DNA of 64,000 bases, taken from positions 558,001 through 622,000 of the forward strand of contig CATNEN010000039.1 in the NCBI GenBank assembly GCA_950097015.1. Direction: 5' to 3'. A program made the translations under genes and the position numbers. Under the pieces are notes generated by a model. That model was not told the origin of the DNA, ran no database searches, and saw nothing but the letters and a program-made list of their open reading frames with translations. How positions within the stretch are numbered: the stretch's first letter is position 1; each line of letters starts with the position of its first letter. Source of the DNA: Macrostomum hystrix. Taxonomy: Eukaryota > Animalia > Platyhelminthes. This document shows, one piece after another, positions 8,992 through 18,971 of this stretch.

Positions 8992-9858
8992 ATGAACTAT
9001 ATTGACTTCCAAGGCTTTCCATGTGAGAGATCAAGTAGTGGTTTCATTGTGAAGGAGCTGGCGGTTGTTGAAGTCCGAGCAGGCAGTTACAATATCACTC
9101 ATCATGTTTATTCTTCACCATATGCATGGGAAATGATCTCGCCTGAGATGCAAGTGCACTACAGAAAACTCTCAAGGAATCTGCACCGGCTCAAATGGAA
9201 CGATGGAACCCGATCTTACAAGAAATTAAAAACTGACATTCCCAAAATTTCTTACGGCCCAACTTGGACTAGCGGAGCGAGGAAGTCCGCTTTTCTAACT
9301 GAACTTCTTGGCCAACAGGCGTACAACCTTGAGGACCTGGGAGGACCTTTAGTCGAACAATCTGATACCGGCTGCGCATTAAAAAATACATTAATGTACT
9401 ACAGCTGGTTGAAGCCCAAGTTTTCCATAAGCTTTAGAAGCGAGGTGTGTCAGCACCATTCAAAAGGCATCAGCACTTTCAACGAAATCAGCAACTACAC
9501 TACCGCAAGCAGAAAAAATATCGGAAATGAGTACACCTTTGACAACTCTGAGAGTGACCAACCTGGTCGGTGGCGTGGATCTGAGACTGGCTGGAGGCAG
9601 GGGCGCCCAACTTCCTCTACGGGAACTGGCTCTCAGCATGGCTCATGTCATCTACCGACCCGTTTGGCCCCAAGTGCTCATCAAGAGGATGCGGGATCCG
9701 GGAGTCACTCTGCTGCTCTATCCCACCGGTCAACTGAGCATCTGTGGCGCCCGGAGCTACTCGGACTCAGTCAGGGCTGCCCGTCGCTTCGTGGCTATGC
9801 TGCATCGCAGAGTGCCTGCTCAACTGCTGCCTCATCAGTCCATTTGTGTACGAATTAA
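8992..9858 (+). CDS. DnaQ/DEDD-like (RNase H fold) nuclease-related Polinton protein; C-terminal extension overlaps the TBP-like ORF
   Basis: IDFQGF..FIVKELA..H..SSPY.W..LHRLKWNDG..NLEDLG..CALKN. The recognisable domain ends near 9420 and the frame stays open to 9858. Confidence 0.55.
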   Translation: MNYIDFQGFPCERSSSGFIVKELAVVEVRAGSYNITHHVYSSPYAWEMISPEMQVHYRKLSRNLHRLKWNDGTRSYKKLKTDIPKISYGPTWTSGARKSAFLTELLGQQAYNLEDLGGPLVEQSDTGCALKNTLMYYSWLKPKFSISFRSEVCQHHSKGISTFNEISNYTTASRKNIGNEYTFDNSESDQPGRWRGSETGWRQGRPTSSTGTGSQHGSCHLPTRLAPSAHQEDAGSGSHSAALSHRSTEHLWRPELLGLSQGCPSLRGYAASQSACSTAASSVHLCTN

Positions 9859-10093
9859 AACTATTAGTGCACATGGAAAGATTGACTTGCCCAACCCCCA
9901 ATGCTTGACAAGCCTCCGTGATGTGCTACCGAATGCTAGATATGAGCCAGAGTCCTTTTCTGCTTTGATTTGCAAACTGGACTTCTGTAAGTGCCTGCTT
10001 TTTCACAATGGCTCATTCGTTCTCAGTGGTGCGAAGACAATGAACATGCTGATTGCCGATTTTTCCAAGCTTCACCGTTTTCTGTGCCAGTAA
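9527..10093 (+). CDS. Divergent TATA-box binding protein (TBP core only) encoded by the Polinton
   Basis: Two TBP repeats. Repeat 1 is VTNLVG..L.LRELA...YRPVWP..IKRMRDPGVTLLLYPTGQLSICGARS..S.RAARRF. Repeat 2 is YEPESFSALICKL..CLLFHNGSFVLSGAKT. Compare TBP YNPKRF..RIREP.TTALIF.SGK.V.TGAKS..SRLAARKY and YEPELFPGLI..LLIF.SGK.VLTGAK. An AATAAA overlaps the stop. Confidence 0.9.
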   Translation: MSTPLTTLRVTNLVGGVDLRLAGGRGAQLPLRELALSMAHVIYRPVWPQVLIKRMRDPGVTLLLYPTGQLSICGARSYSDSVRAARRFVAMLHRRVPAQLLPHQSICVRIKTISAHGKIDLPNPQCLTSLRDVLPNARYEPESFSALICKLDFCKCLLFHNGSFVLSGAKTMNMLIADFSKLHRFLCQ

Positions 10094-10770
10094 TAAACTT
10101 ATGTTTCAACAGTTAAATAAGAAGACGACGACGGCTGAACAAAGTGTAACGTTTTTCATGCAATCTGCCACTTGTTTAAAATGTGTGCATTTTAACCAAT
10201 TTTATTTTGAAAATCTGACTTGGATTGGTCTTTCTTTATTTTCTAAACTGAAATAGCAATTGCTTGAGCATAGCAAATTTAAACAGATCACCACTAAAAG
10301 CATGGGAAAAGCACACCTACCACCACCACCCAGATTATGTACTCCTAAACAAATAAAACGAACACGAGCAAACAGAAATAAGAAAAGTGAATATTATTTA
10401 GATAATTAATGGATAATGGATAAAAACGAGTAGCAAATTAGCAAAAAAGAAAATAACAACTGTCGCTTCATTCATTCTGCAGTGCTAAAATAAGGTGCGT
10501 TGAAACAAAATAGAAAAGTCTGACTAATGTGATGCAACTGATTCCAACATGACTTTGGCAAGTTTGTATTGAAATAGAAAAAGGAAAACCTCTACCTGAA
10601 AATGTTACGCTCGTGATTTGCTTGGAGACTACAAAGATGTAACTAAATGAATAACTCTATTCATCAGCATCACCATCATTGTTCAGATGAGTTAAACCGC
10701 GGAAACAATTATGAGAATAAGTAAGAAGTCAAGAAATTACAAATTCAAAGTTACTCAGATGTGTAAAGCA

Positions 10771-13700
10771 TCACTCTAAGCAATCAGCTGCCCTTTTCGG
10801 TCTACCCCTGATCGTTAGCTGAAAGTGGCCGAACGGAAGACTTGTGTTCGAGCCAGTCCACGCTCGCTTGTCCTCCCAGATACTGAGAGCGAGCTTGCGT
10901 TGCTCCATGGTGAAAACGCGATGTTTCTCACTTCCAATTCGACGAACAGTGAGCGACAGCTTTGAAGCGTCCCTGAAAATCTTTACGTAGTCATCGTGGG
11001 AGACTTCATTCTTCAGCACGCTTCGTTGGATACCTTTTGCTTTTGCTTTGCTAGCCGTCGAGCTTTCGGCGAGGAAAGAATAGAGCTTGGGCCTCAGCAG
11101 CACCCACTCAATCTGCCGCACTCCACCAGCTTCATCTTTAATGCAGCCTAGCCTGGCCTTCAGTTGATTCGAGAAGAGTGGGTGATTAGATAAAAAATTG
11201 GATGTGTCCAAGAGGCTTTCGGCATGCAGGATTGGCAGCACTTCTCTCTGCAAGTTAAGATTGTCTAAGCTCAAAAACAGCGAGTCTGTATCGCCACCAC
11301 AAACACGAACTCTCGCTCCATCACGGAATTCTAGCATGGGTTTTATTCTGTCGTAGTAAAGTCGATACATGATGATCTTGGAGCGATCTAGAACACACTG
11401 CCCCATGAAAATTGGGCGATCAAGAGTTACTTCACGCTTTTGAAGCTCGAAGATGCTGAGTGACGGTGTAATGATGGTGAATGATGTGACATTTGGTTGC
11501 GAAGAAACAGTCTTCACCTTTTTCTTGTTATTGCACACTCTGATGTCTCGCCGCTTGCGTACGTTCTCCATTGTTTTGCCAAACAGGGAATTATTTTTCA
11601 GCTTGTAGAAATCCTTCTCGAAATCATTTTTCGCCATAGAGCGCTTCTCACTATTCATCTTAATGTAGTCCGCGAAGACAGGTTCTTGCCTGAATTCGAT
11701 CATCCTTTGGAGCTTGTGCAACTTCATCCCGTGCGATAGATAGAATCGGAGGGCTGAAGAGTGCAGTACATAGGAAAATTTGTTGTGGCATGTGAGCATT
11801 AACTTTTGTACTCCACGGTAGTGCGCAGCGGTAGGATCTACAGTGGTGTTCGCGTCGGGCTGCTGATGACGATGATAATTGTCGTGCTGAAGCAGTGTCC
11901 ATAATTCTCGCATGTACTGTGGAAATTCATCGAAATCCGGACACCTTTTCTCTGGGGCGAATGGAAGATCCTCCGTTGCCGAGTGGATTTCGGCAGGGTA
12001 GAGCAAATCCGCTTTGACAAGGTAGCCGATTGGAGCGTCATCGTCCAGGGCGAGAAAGCGGCGCTCAGACCATGAGCACAGCTCCTCTTGACTAAGCCAG
12101 CGAAAGCCACCAACAGGTAGGGGCATTGTGAGCGCATGACCGTAAAGGTTATTAGCATCAACAGCCAGTAAACTCCTACCTGCTGTTTCATCATCATCAC
12201 TGCTTTCGCTCTGGGCATGATGTACATTGACAAAAGACATTCCGCCCCGAATTCCTTTCTCAAACATTTTGTACATCTCGAGATCGGTTAGCAGTTCAAT
12301 CTTGACTTGAGAAGACTTTAGCGCTGAAGCAAATGACAGGCCTGGGGTTGACACAAAATGCACCGGATCTAGCTTGTCTTCCTGCAAACTCAGCCTTCGA
12401 AACCCTTCAAAGATATCTGCAAGTTGCCTGATGTCCAGCTCCAAGTAGCATTGCATGTAATCGCGCAATGTTGTGGATTCGAACTCAGTCCATGCCTTCT
12501 GCGCATGCCGATACTCCGCCTCGGTACAGTGGCTGTTGGTGAGTCGATTAAAAAAACTGTCTACTTTTGGTAGTTGGCGATCATCGAGCACATTCAAATT
12601 TGAGAGATAATCATAAGGGAAAACTCCCTTACTGAGCAGTACATCCCTTGAAAGATTTGGATACTTTGATCGCATCGCATTAGTGATGGGACAGTTGTCC
12701 TCCGGCAAGTTCTTGATAAGCTGAGAAAGACTGCTGTGTAGGAATTGCAGTGAATCGATGAACTGCATCGTGAAGAACAGGGGCTTCTTCTTACCATCTT
12801 TTTCGTACTCATCAATTAGGAATTCCACTCTCATTGAGAGATAAGATTCAGCAGTTTGTGGTATAACACTTACTTTCCAACCTGGCATGTCGCCTAGGGC
12901 GCTCGAAAAAATCAGGTGCAGGTCATAACCACGAAGATTATGCATGACGATGGGCAAGAAGCGCCGCCGCAGTTTAGCAAGCTTGTTGCATGAAGCACAG
13001 GCAGCTCCTCTAAAATCTCCGCTCAAATGGTCATGATCCCAATGTTTGTCAGATGATGAGGTAAGAGCTGCACTGCAATAGTGGCACTGAACGGATTCAG
13101 CAAAGTTGCGCCTATCTTCTTCCTTGCTCCTGTCTGCTTTTTGGTGGCTGAACTCCGTATTCCACCCATAGATTCCACGAGCAAGTTGTTCGAGTGAGGC
13201 CAAAAACTGCTTCACGACAGAATTCGGATTGGGACCGCTGCAGAGGAAAACATCCTCACTCGGCCTCCGAATGTCGCTGCTCATACCCTCTCTTGGAATA
13301 ACAATGTAGCCAGCAGCTACAGGCAGATGCTCAGTTAACTTGGTGATACCAACTGCTCTGTCAGGCTCCATTAGTTCACACGGGGTGTTCAGAGCTTCAA
13401 AATCTGCGTAGACAACAAATGGGGGACTGATAGTCTTTTCCCAAGCCATGAATTGCATTGTGTTGCTATTTGCATCAGGCATGCGCTCCATGATGCTGGG
13501 TTTCAGCTGAGGATTGCAGCTGTCTCGATGCTGCTCTAACTCCTCCTGGGATCGAAACGGAGAAATGCACTTCTCACACCATTTGCGATTCCTCAGACCT
13601 TTTTTGCTGTTCAGGAGCCGGTCCAGGTTCGAAACTGCACACCAGTGTCCAGTCCCACAATTCTCAGCATCATTATCATCATCATTAGCATCATCGGAGC

Positions 13701-15554
13701 ATGAGTTGCGAAGCAAGAGTAGAGGAATAACCTTGCGAGAGGCACAAAGCCCAGGAAGTGGCTGGCGAATGACATAGGCCTCATCATGCTCCCAGGTAAA
13801 AACTGTGAAACAGATTTCGGGATTCTTTTCTTCTATAACTTCTAAATCGGAAATTGCGATTGGTAAACTGATGCCGCTCAGATCGATTTCACCCAGCCAT
13901 CTGCTGTAAGTTGTTAGTCGATGACAGGACTTCATCACACCAGGATCACTGCTGTGCAGGTAAGCAAGACAGGCAAATAGAAAGCAATCATTTCCATTGC
14001 TCGGTGGGTTCATGATGGCCTTCTTAACTACTAGCCGATTGGGCACAGTAAAATTAGCACATCGTCCTCGATAGTAGCGAATGCGATCAGTGAGGGCAGT
14101 GCTCAGATCAAAATAGTTGATTTGCTCAACTATCCAACCACTCCCATTTGCATTGTAGGTGTCAATCTTGCGTTCCAGCTCAGAAAACTGCTGCAGCCAC
14201 CACAATTCAAAGTCTCTAAGATCAGTAAGAAGCTCGAGACTGCATGCGAACCACTTATCCTCCGCATTAACTACCATTGCTTCTTTGATTCTCACCATTC
14301 TAATGTTGAACTTAAGCTGCGCTCGAACAGAATTGTTCTCGGATGAATCGAATCTCATCTCAACAGCCTGTAGCACTGCGAACTTAGTAGATGTTAAAAA
14401 GTGAAATGGATCGAGACCTCTTGAGGTTGGAGTGAAGCGTCTGACCTGCAGTATGTCATCATGCGCACTGGCCTGAACAGCCGAGCTGAATTGAATGCCT
14501 GCGTGAATTGATCATTTTTTTTTAATATTCGCATTTCCATGGACAGTTAAAAATAAGTTATTTCCTCTAATTCTATCTCCTCATAGTGTCAATCAACGAA
14601 ATCGGTGAATCAAGAATCAGTGAATCAGTGAATCGGTAATTCGGATTAAGTGAATCGGTGAATCAGGAATCGGTGAATCAGGAATCGGTGAATCAGGAAT
14701 CGGCGAATCAGGAATCGGTGAATCAGGAATCGGTGAATCAGGAATCGGTGAATCAGGAATAGGTGAATCAGGAATCGGTGAATCAGGAATCGGTGAATCA
14801 GGAATCGGTGAATCAAGAATCGGTGAACCGGGAATCAGTGAACCGGGAATCAGTGAATTGGGAATCAGTGAACTGGGAATCAGTGAATCAGGAATCGGTG
14901 AATCAGGAATCGGTGAATCAGGAATAGGTGAATCAGGAATCGGTGAATCAGGAATCGGTGAATCAGGAATCGGTGAATCAAGAATCGGTGAACCGGGAAT
15001 CAGTGAACCGGGAATCAGTGAATTGGGAATCAGTGAACTGGGAATCAGTGAATCAGGAATCGGTGAATCAGGAATAGGTGAATCAGGAATCGGTGAATCA
15101 GGAATCGGTGAATCAGGAATCGGTGAATCAAGAATCGGTGAATCAAGAATCGGTGAATCAGGAATCGGTGAATCAGGAATCGGTGAATCAGGAATCGGTG
15201 AATCAGGAATCGGTGAATCAGGAATCGGTGAATCAGGAATCGGTGAATCAGGAATCGGTGAATCAGGAATCGGTGAATCAGGAATCGGTGAATCAAGAAT
15301 CGGTGAACCGGGAATCAGTGAACCGGGAATCAGTGAACTGGGAATCAGTGAATCAGCGGATGGGTTTGTTATGACTACTTAGCGTGTACTTTTAGAGGGA
15401 TAAGTCTACTTCGCTGGCTATGCTGAACTCATTTGAATAAAAATTGCATGAACTCACCGGTTGGCTCGAGCTCGAAAGTGAAATTGGTGGACTCATGCGA
15501 CAGATCACTTGCTGCTGCTGCTGATGTGGTGGCTGGTGAAGTGTCTCTCGACAT
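10771..15554 (-). CDS. Protein-primed family B DNA polymerase (pPolB); predicted exons 15554-15458 and 14498-10771, about 1274 aa
   Basis: Exonuclease motifs YADFEA and HNLRGYD, KGVFPYDY, and polymerase motifs DANNLYG, KLKNNSLFGKTMEN and GDTDS. The N-terminal region has GSGW, an OTU-like DCF..GHW and a Zn finger. An endonuclease VII/HNH-like insert reads DHDH..G.FRGAAC..CN. The frame is open up to 14511, and a phase-1 GTGAGT...CAG intron joins a 97-nt ATG exon in frame. Confidence 0.93.
14598..15356. repeat. 15-bp minisatellite (gaatcggtgaatcag) inside the predicted pPolB intron
   Basis: About 50 tandem units. It explains the spurious GESGI and NQESV repeat ORFs. Confidence 0.95.
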
Positions 15555-16348
15555 TATCTCGGTTCCTTTTATTACACAGTTGGAAGCATTTTAGATCAGA
15601 TGGGGGAATTTGCTGAAACGCATATTTTTGTGATGATTTTATTTGGAAAAGCTAATATCAGTAACATAATTTGTGAATATACTAAACATTCATATTATCG
15701 AAAGTTGCTAATCGGGTCTGGTCGTTACATACTAAAATTTCGGGTCCAAAACTTTTATAGTGTGCATACATTTGTTCTCTCTAAATCGATAAATCAAAAT
15801 TAAATAACTCAAAGCCGCGAACTTTTCCAAAATGCAGCGCTTCCGTATTCTTTCAGCATTATTAACTGATACAAAATAGGTATCAGTTTTTACTTTTATT
15901 AAAAATATGCGATGTGAAAACATTGGAAACAGAAGTTAATTAGAGACGGAGATTATAAAAAATAACGCAGAGCCAACCAGAATCAATCCCAATCCTCATC
16001 CTTGCATTAAACACATGACACCCTAGCACAGGTTGATCAATCAGCACTACATAGATGCATAAACTTTTACTTTATAGACATTAGATCGCTAGATGTTAAA
16101 AATTATGAAATTTGAAATTCGCGTTTGAAAATAATTTATGGGTCTTGACTTAATTTACAAAAAATATTTCCAGATACACAATTATTAACTCCTACAATCA
16201 CCATGAGATGCCATCAATCGGCGCTCATAAAGCAATACGTTAATAAAAAATAAGATCCTCCAATCCTCCTAGGTAAAAAAGCGCCGTTGGTATCAGTAAA
16301 GTCACTCTATTTTCTTCCACTTATTTCAAACTTGGTACTATTATAAAA

Positions 16349-17302
16349 TTAAGAGTTGCTCAGGCGAATTCGGAAAGTCCCCCCCAAGCCAATCCAATAT
16401 TCACCGTTAACACTGCTAGGCAGAACCAGCTGGATGCAGATGGGTGCTGGCTGCTGCAGTGCTTCATTAGCGGTCGCGGCCGCAGGCTGAACCTCAGTCG
16501 GTGGTGGTGGTGTTGGTGGTGGTGGTGGAGGCACAGGACCCGACTCAAGGTCGCGGATCACGTCAGACAGACTGACTTCTGCTAGCATCCTGGCACGCTC
16601 CATATTTTTCCCGGAAACAGGGATTGCATGTTGCTGCTGCAGCTGCTGCTGTTCGATTACTTCGTGCTCATCAAGGTTCTCGAAAAATGCGGTGTCCAGC
16701 TCAGGCAGCTCGAAGTTAGGAGTGTCAGCGTCAAGCAGGGGAGCTCCGACATCGCCGTCAAGTAGAGCAGCAGCAGCAGCAGAAGCAGCAACAGCAGCAT
16801 CAGCATCAGCAGCTGCAGCGGCTGCTGAAAGAACGCCAGGGGTCGAAGAATCTGCTGTTGCAGTAGCGGTGCCGGGCAGCGAGGGAGTGCCGATGTCTAT
16901 AGCAGCAGCATCAGCAGCAGCAGCAGTAGGCTGGGCGTTGAGCCGAGCGACAGTGCTGGTGACTCGACCGCATAAATTAGCTATTACTTGACTCAATGAG
17001 CTCTCCGGCTCTGCCGCCTTTTTGCCTTCCTCTTGATGCGCCACTTCCAGAGCAGTAATGCGCGCCCGCTCGCGATCCTCAGCAGAGCTCCAGTTAACAG
17101 TAGCATGATTTTTATGCCGCTTTATTTGGCCTCTAACAGTAAAGAGCTCAACCGACTGACATTGGTGACATAGTAGCCATCGGGTGACATTGCAGCCTTG
17201 TTTCACAACATGATGCTTAAGTCCACCGAGCATACTAGTGTTGCAGGTGGCACACACTTCATGAACGTAGGATGGGCACCGGGGACGACTCATAGCTTTC
17301 AT
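16349..17302 (-). CDS. Polinton accessory protein with a Cys/His-rich (putative Zn-binding) N-terminus and Ala-, acidic-, Gln- and Pro-rich regions
   Basis: 317-aa ATG-initiated ORF with CATC..HH..C..CHQC..H..H, FELPELDTAFFENLDEHE, a polyQ run and a polyP run. TATAAA lies about 65 bp upstream. Confidence 0.6.
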   Translation of the reverse strand: MKAMSRPRCPSYVHEVCATCNTSMLGGLKHHVVKQGCNVTRWLLCHQCQSVELFTVRGQIKRHKNHATVNWSSAEDRERARITALEVAHQEEGKKAAEPESSLSQVIANLCGRVTSTVARLNAQPTAAAADAAAIDIGTPSLPGTATATADSSTPGVLSAAAAAADADAAVAASAAAAALLDGDVGAPLLDADTPNFELPELDTAFFENLDEHEVIEQQQLQQQHAIPVSGKNMERARMLAEVSLSDVIRDLESGPVPPPPPPTPPPPTEVQPAAATANEALQQPAPICIQLVLPSSVNGEYWIGLGGTFRIRLSNS

Positions 17303-17365
17303 GGACTTAACATTTATTCAAAGTGACTCTTGTGAAAATTTCAAATTTTCAAGTCCAGTTTAATC

Positions 17366-17373
17366 TCTTTATA
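17366..17373 (-). promoter_or_regulatory. Candidate TATA box for ORF 17302-16349
   Basis: TATAAAGA on the minus strand about 65 bp upstream of the ATG. Confidence 0.4.
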
Positions 17374-18189
17374 TCTATTCCCATCCCCTTATCTTGCAGA
17401 ACACATAGCGGCTATGTTTACAGCTTTGTTTTTTTTCACATTTTGTTTGGAATGTGTACACTGTTATGCCATACAGAGGGTCAGAAAATTATTAATATTA
17501 CCAGGTAGCCAGTCACACATCGCACAAACTGCTTTGTTCATGCAGTGAATTGGCCCAGCAACCGATTGTTACTGAGTTTTGTGGGCGAAATTAGCTGATA
17601 AGAAACTGATAACTGTTCCCGCGGTGTTTTGGTACAAACAAAAACAACCTCGCGAATATTGATCCGCATGGAATGGGACTATTGCAAATCAAGTGCGCCG
17701 GCACTTTTACCACAAAACCACATATTTATCTTACTGTGGCATTCAAGATATTGTTCTCTATAGCTCTCTACGCTCGTATATGGTGTTTCGATAATCTATT
17801 AAATGTTTGATTTTAATTTGTCAGGCCTTTGCAGACAGAAACCCAAAAGCCGACACTGATTAACTTCTAGTTAACAATGAACTTATCAATTGTTTCCTGC
17901 ACAGCTCCTTAATGAAAGATTTCAGTGGTAAATTAATTAGATTTTTACTTTTCTCTATGCACGCATTCCTCATCAGAAAGCAGTTTTCCGAAAGCATAGG
18001 TCCATGTATTCCCATTGCCATAGTTTAAATACCCAGACATCGGAAGCAGATTCACTACCTTCTAAGTCCAACCCGCCTATATTATTGCTGCAGTGTTGTG
18101 TCTTGTAAAACTGGGACGGGCTAGAATTTGAACAAATTGTTTGCTTTTTTATAAAAAGCCATATTTTCTTTCTGACCTCCATGGGATTT

Positions 18190-18745
18190 CCACGGCTTTC
18201 CCTGCGGCAGAGCACATCAATGCATTTACATAGGCTCCTATGTTCACTCACTAACCCCAAGGTTACTCCAGCCATAGAAACGCACGATATGAAATTTCAG
18301 GTCTCTATGCATTAAAATTATTGTGCGGAACGTGAATATACGTGAATATACAGCGAACAGTGAATATACTTGTGGCATGCTTTGTAAAGTGGGTCAGTAA
18401 TGTACACTTCCCTTGTTTCTATTTTTAGCAAATCCACCTGGGCCTCCCCGGAACTGCCACGGCTTTCCCTGCGGCAGAATCCACCAATGCATTTACATGG
18501 GCGCCTATGTTTACTCACTGGGCCCGTGGCTTTTCCGCGGAAAATCCTGCGGCAGAGTGCACATAACCCCTACTACTTGCTAAAGAGGGGAATTCGAGTT
18601 TTTCATACTAGCGATGATGGCCTAAAGCAACAGTCGTCTTGATATCAGTCAATTTGGAATCGACGTAACAGCCGCCAGTACACCTGACTTCCCCTCTCTA
18701 TTTGTCTGTTATTGACTCAAGCTAAGTAACCTTAACCCTCTTCAA
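18190..18745 (-). repeat. Right terminal inverted repeat of the Polinton
   Basis: Reverse complement of 1446-2002, ending ...gctaagtaaccttaaccctcttcaa. Confidence 0.95.
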
Positions 18746-18971
18746 CCCAGTGAAAAAACTGTCTTAGCTGTCCATAGCTCCTGTCCCTAGCAACTCACCA
18801 GCTCGCCAGCCCCGAAGCGTTAAAAAGTCGTACCGTAGAGATAAATAAAATGTTAGAATTTTTTCAACATGCAGTTTGTAAAACAAAGCTGGGAAAAGTT
18901 CTTGATGTGCTTCAGCTTTTAGCCTCTGAAAATCATCCAGCCTGTTCACGCAGGCTCGCCCTTTGCAGCTC

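Larger units (their letters stand above)
1446..18745. mobile_element. Full-length Polinton/Maverick element (~17.3 kb)
   Basis: Long TIRs enclose uninterrupted ORFs for integrase, minor and major capsid proteins, cysteine protease, packaging ATPase and pPolB, which is the canonical Polinton core gene set. The exact outer ends are uncertain by about 14 bp because no clean 6-bp TSD is visible. Confidence 0.96.

Noticed and set aside
9527-10093. Interpretation as the host TBP or TRF2 gene
   Set aside because: It is intronless, far more diverged than cellular TBPs, lacks an N-terminal domain and is embedded co-directionally in the Polinton gene block between the TIRs.
14858-15382. Collagen-like GESGI repeat ORF
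   Set aside because: It is a translation of the 15-bp minisatellite (period 5 aa, not Gly-X-Y) and is antisense to the predicted pPolB intron.
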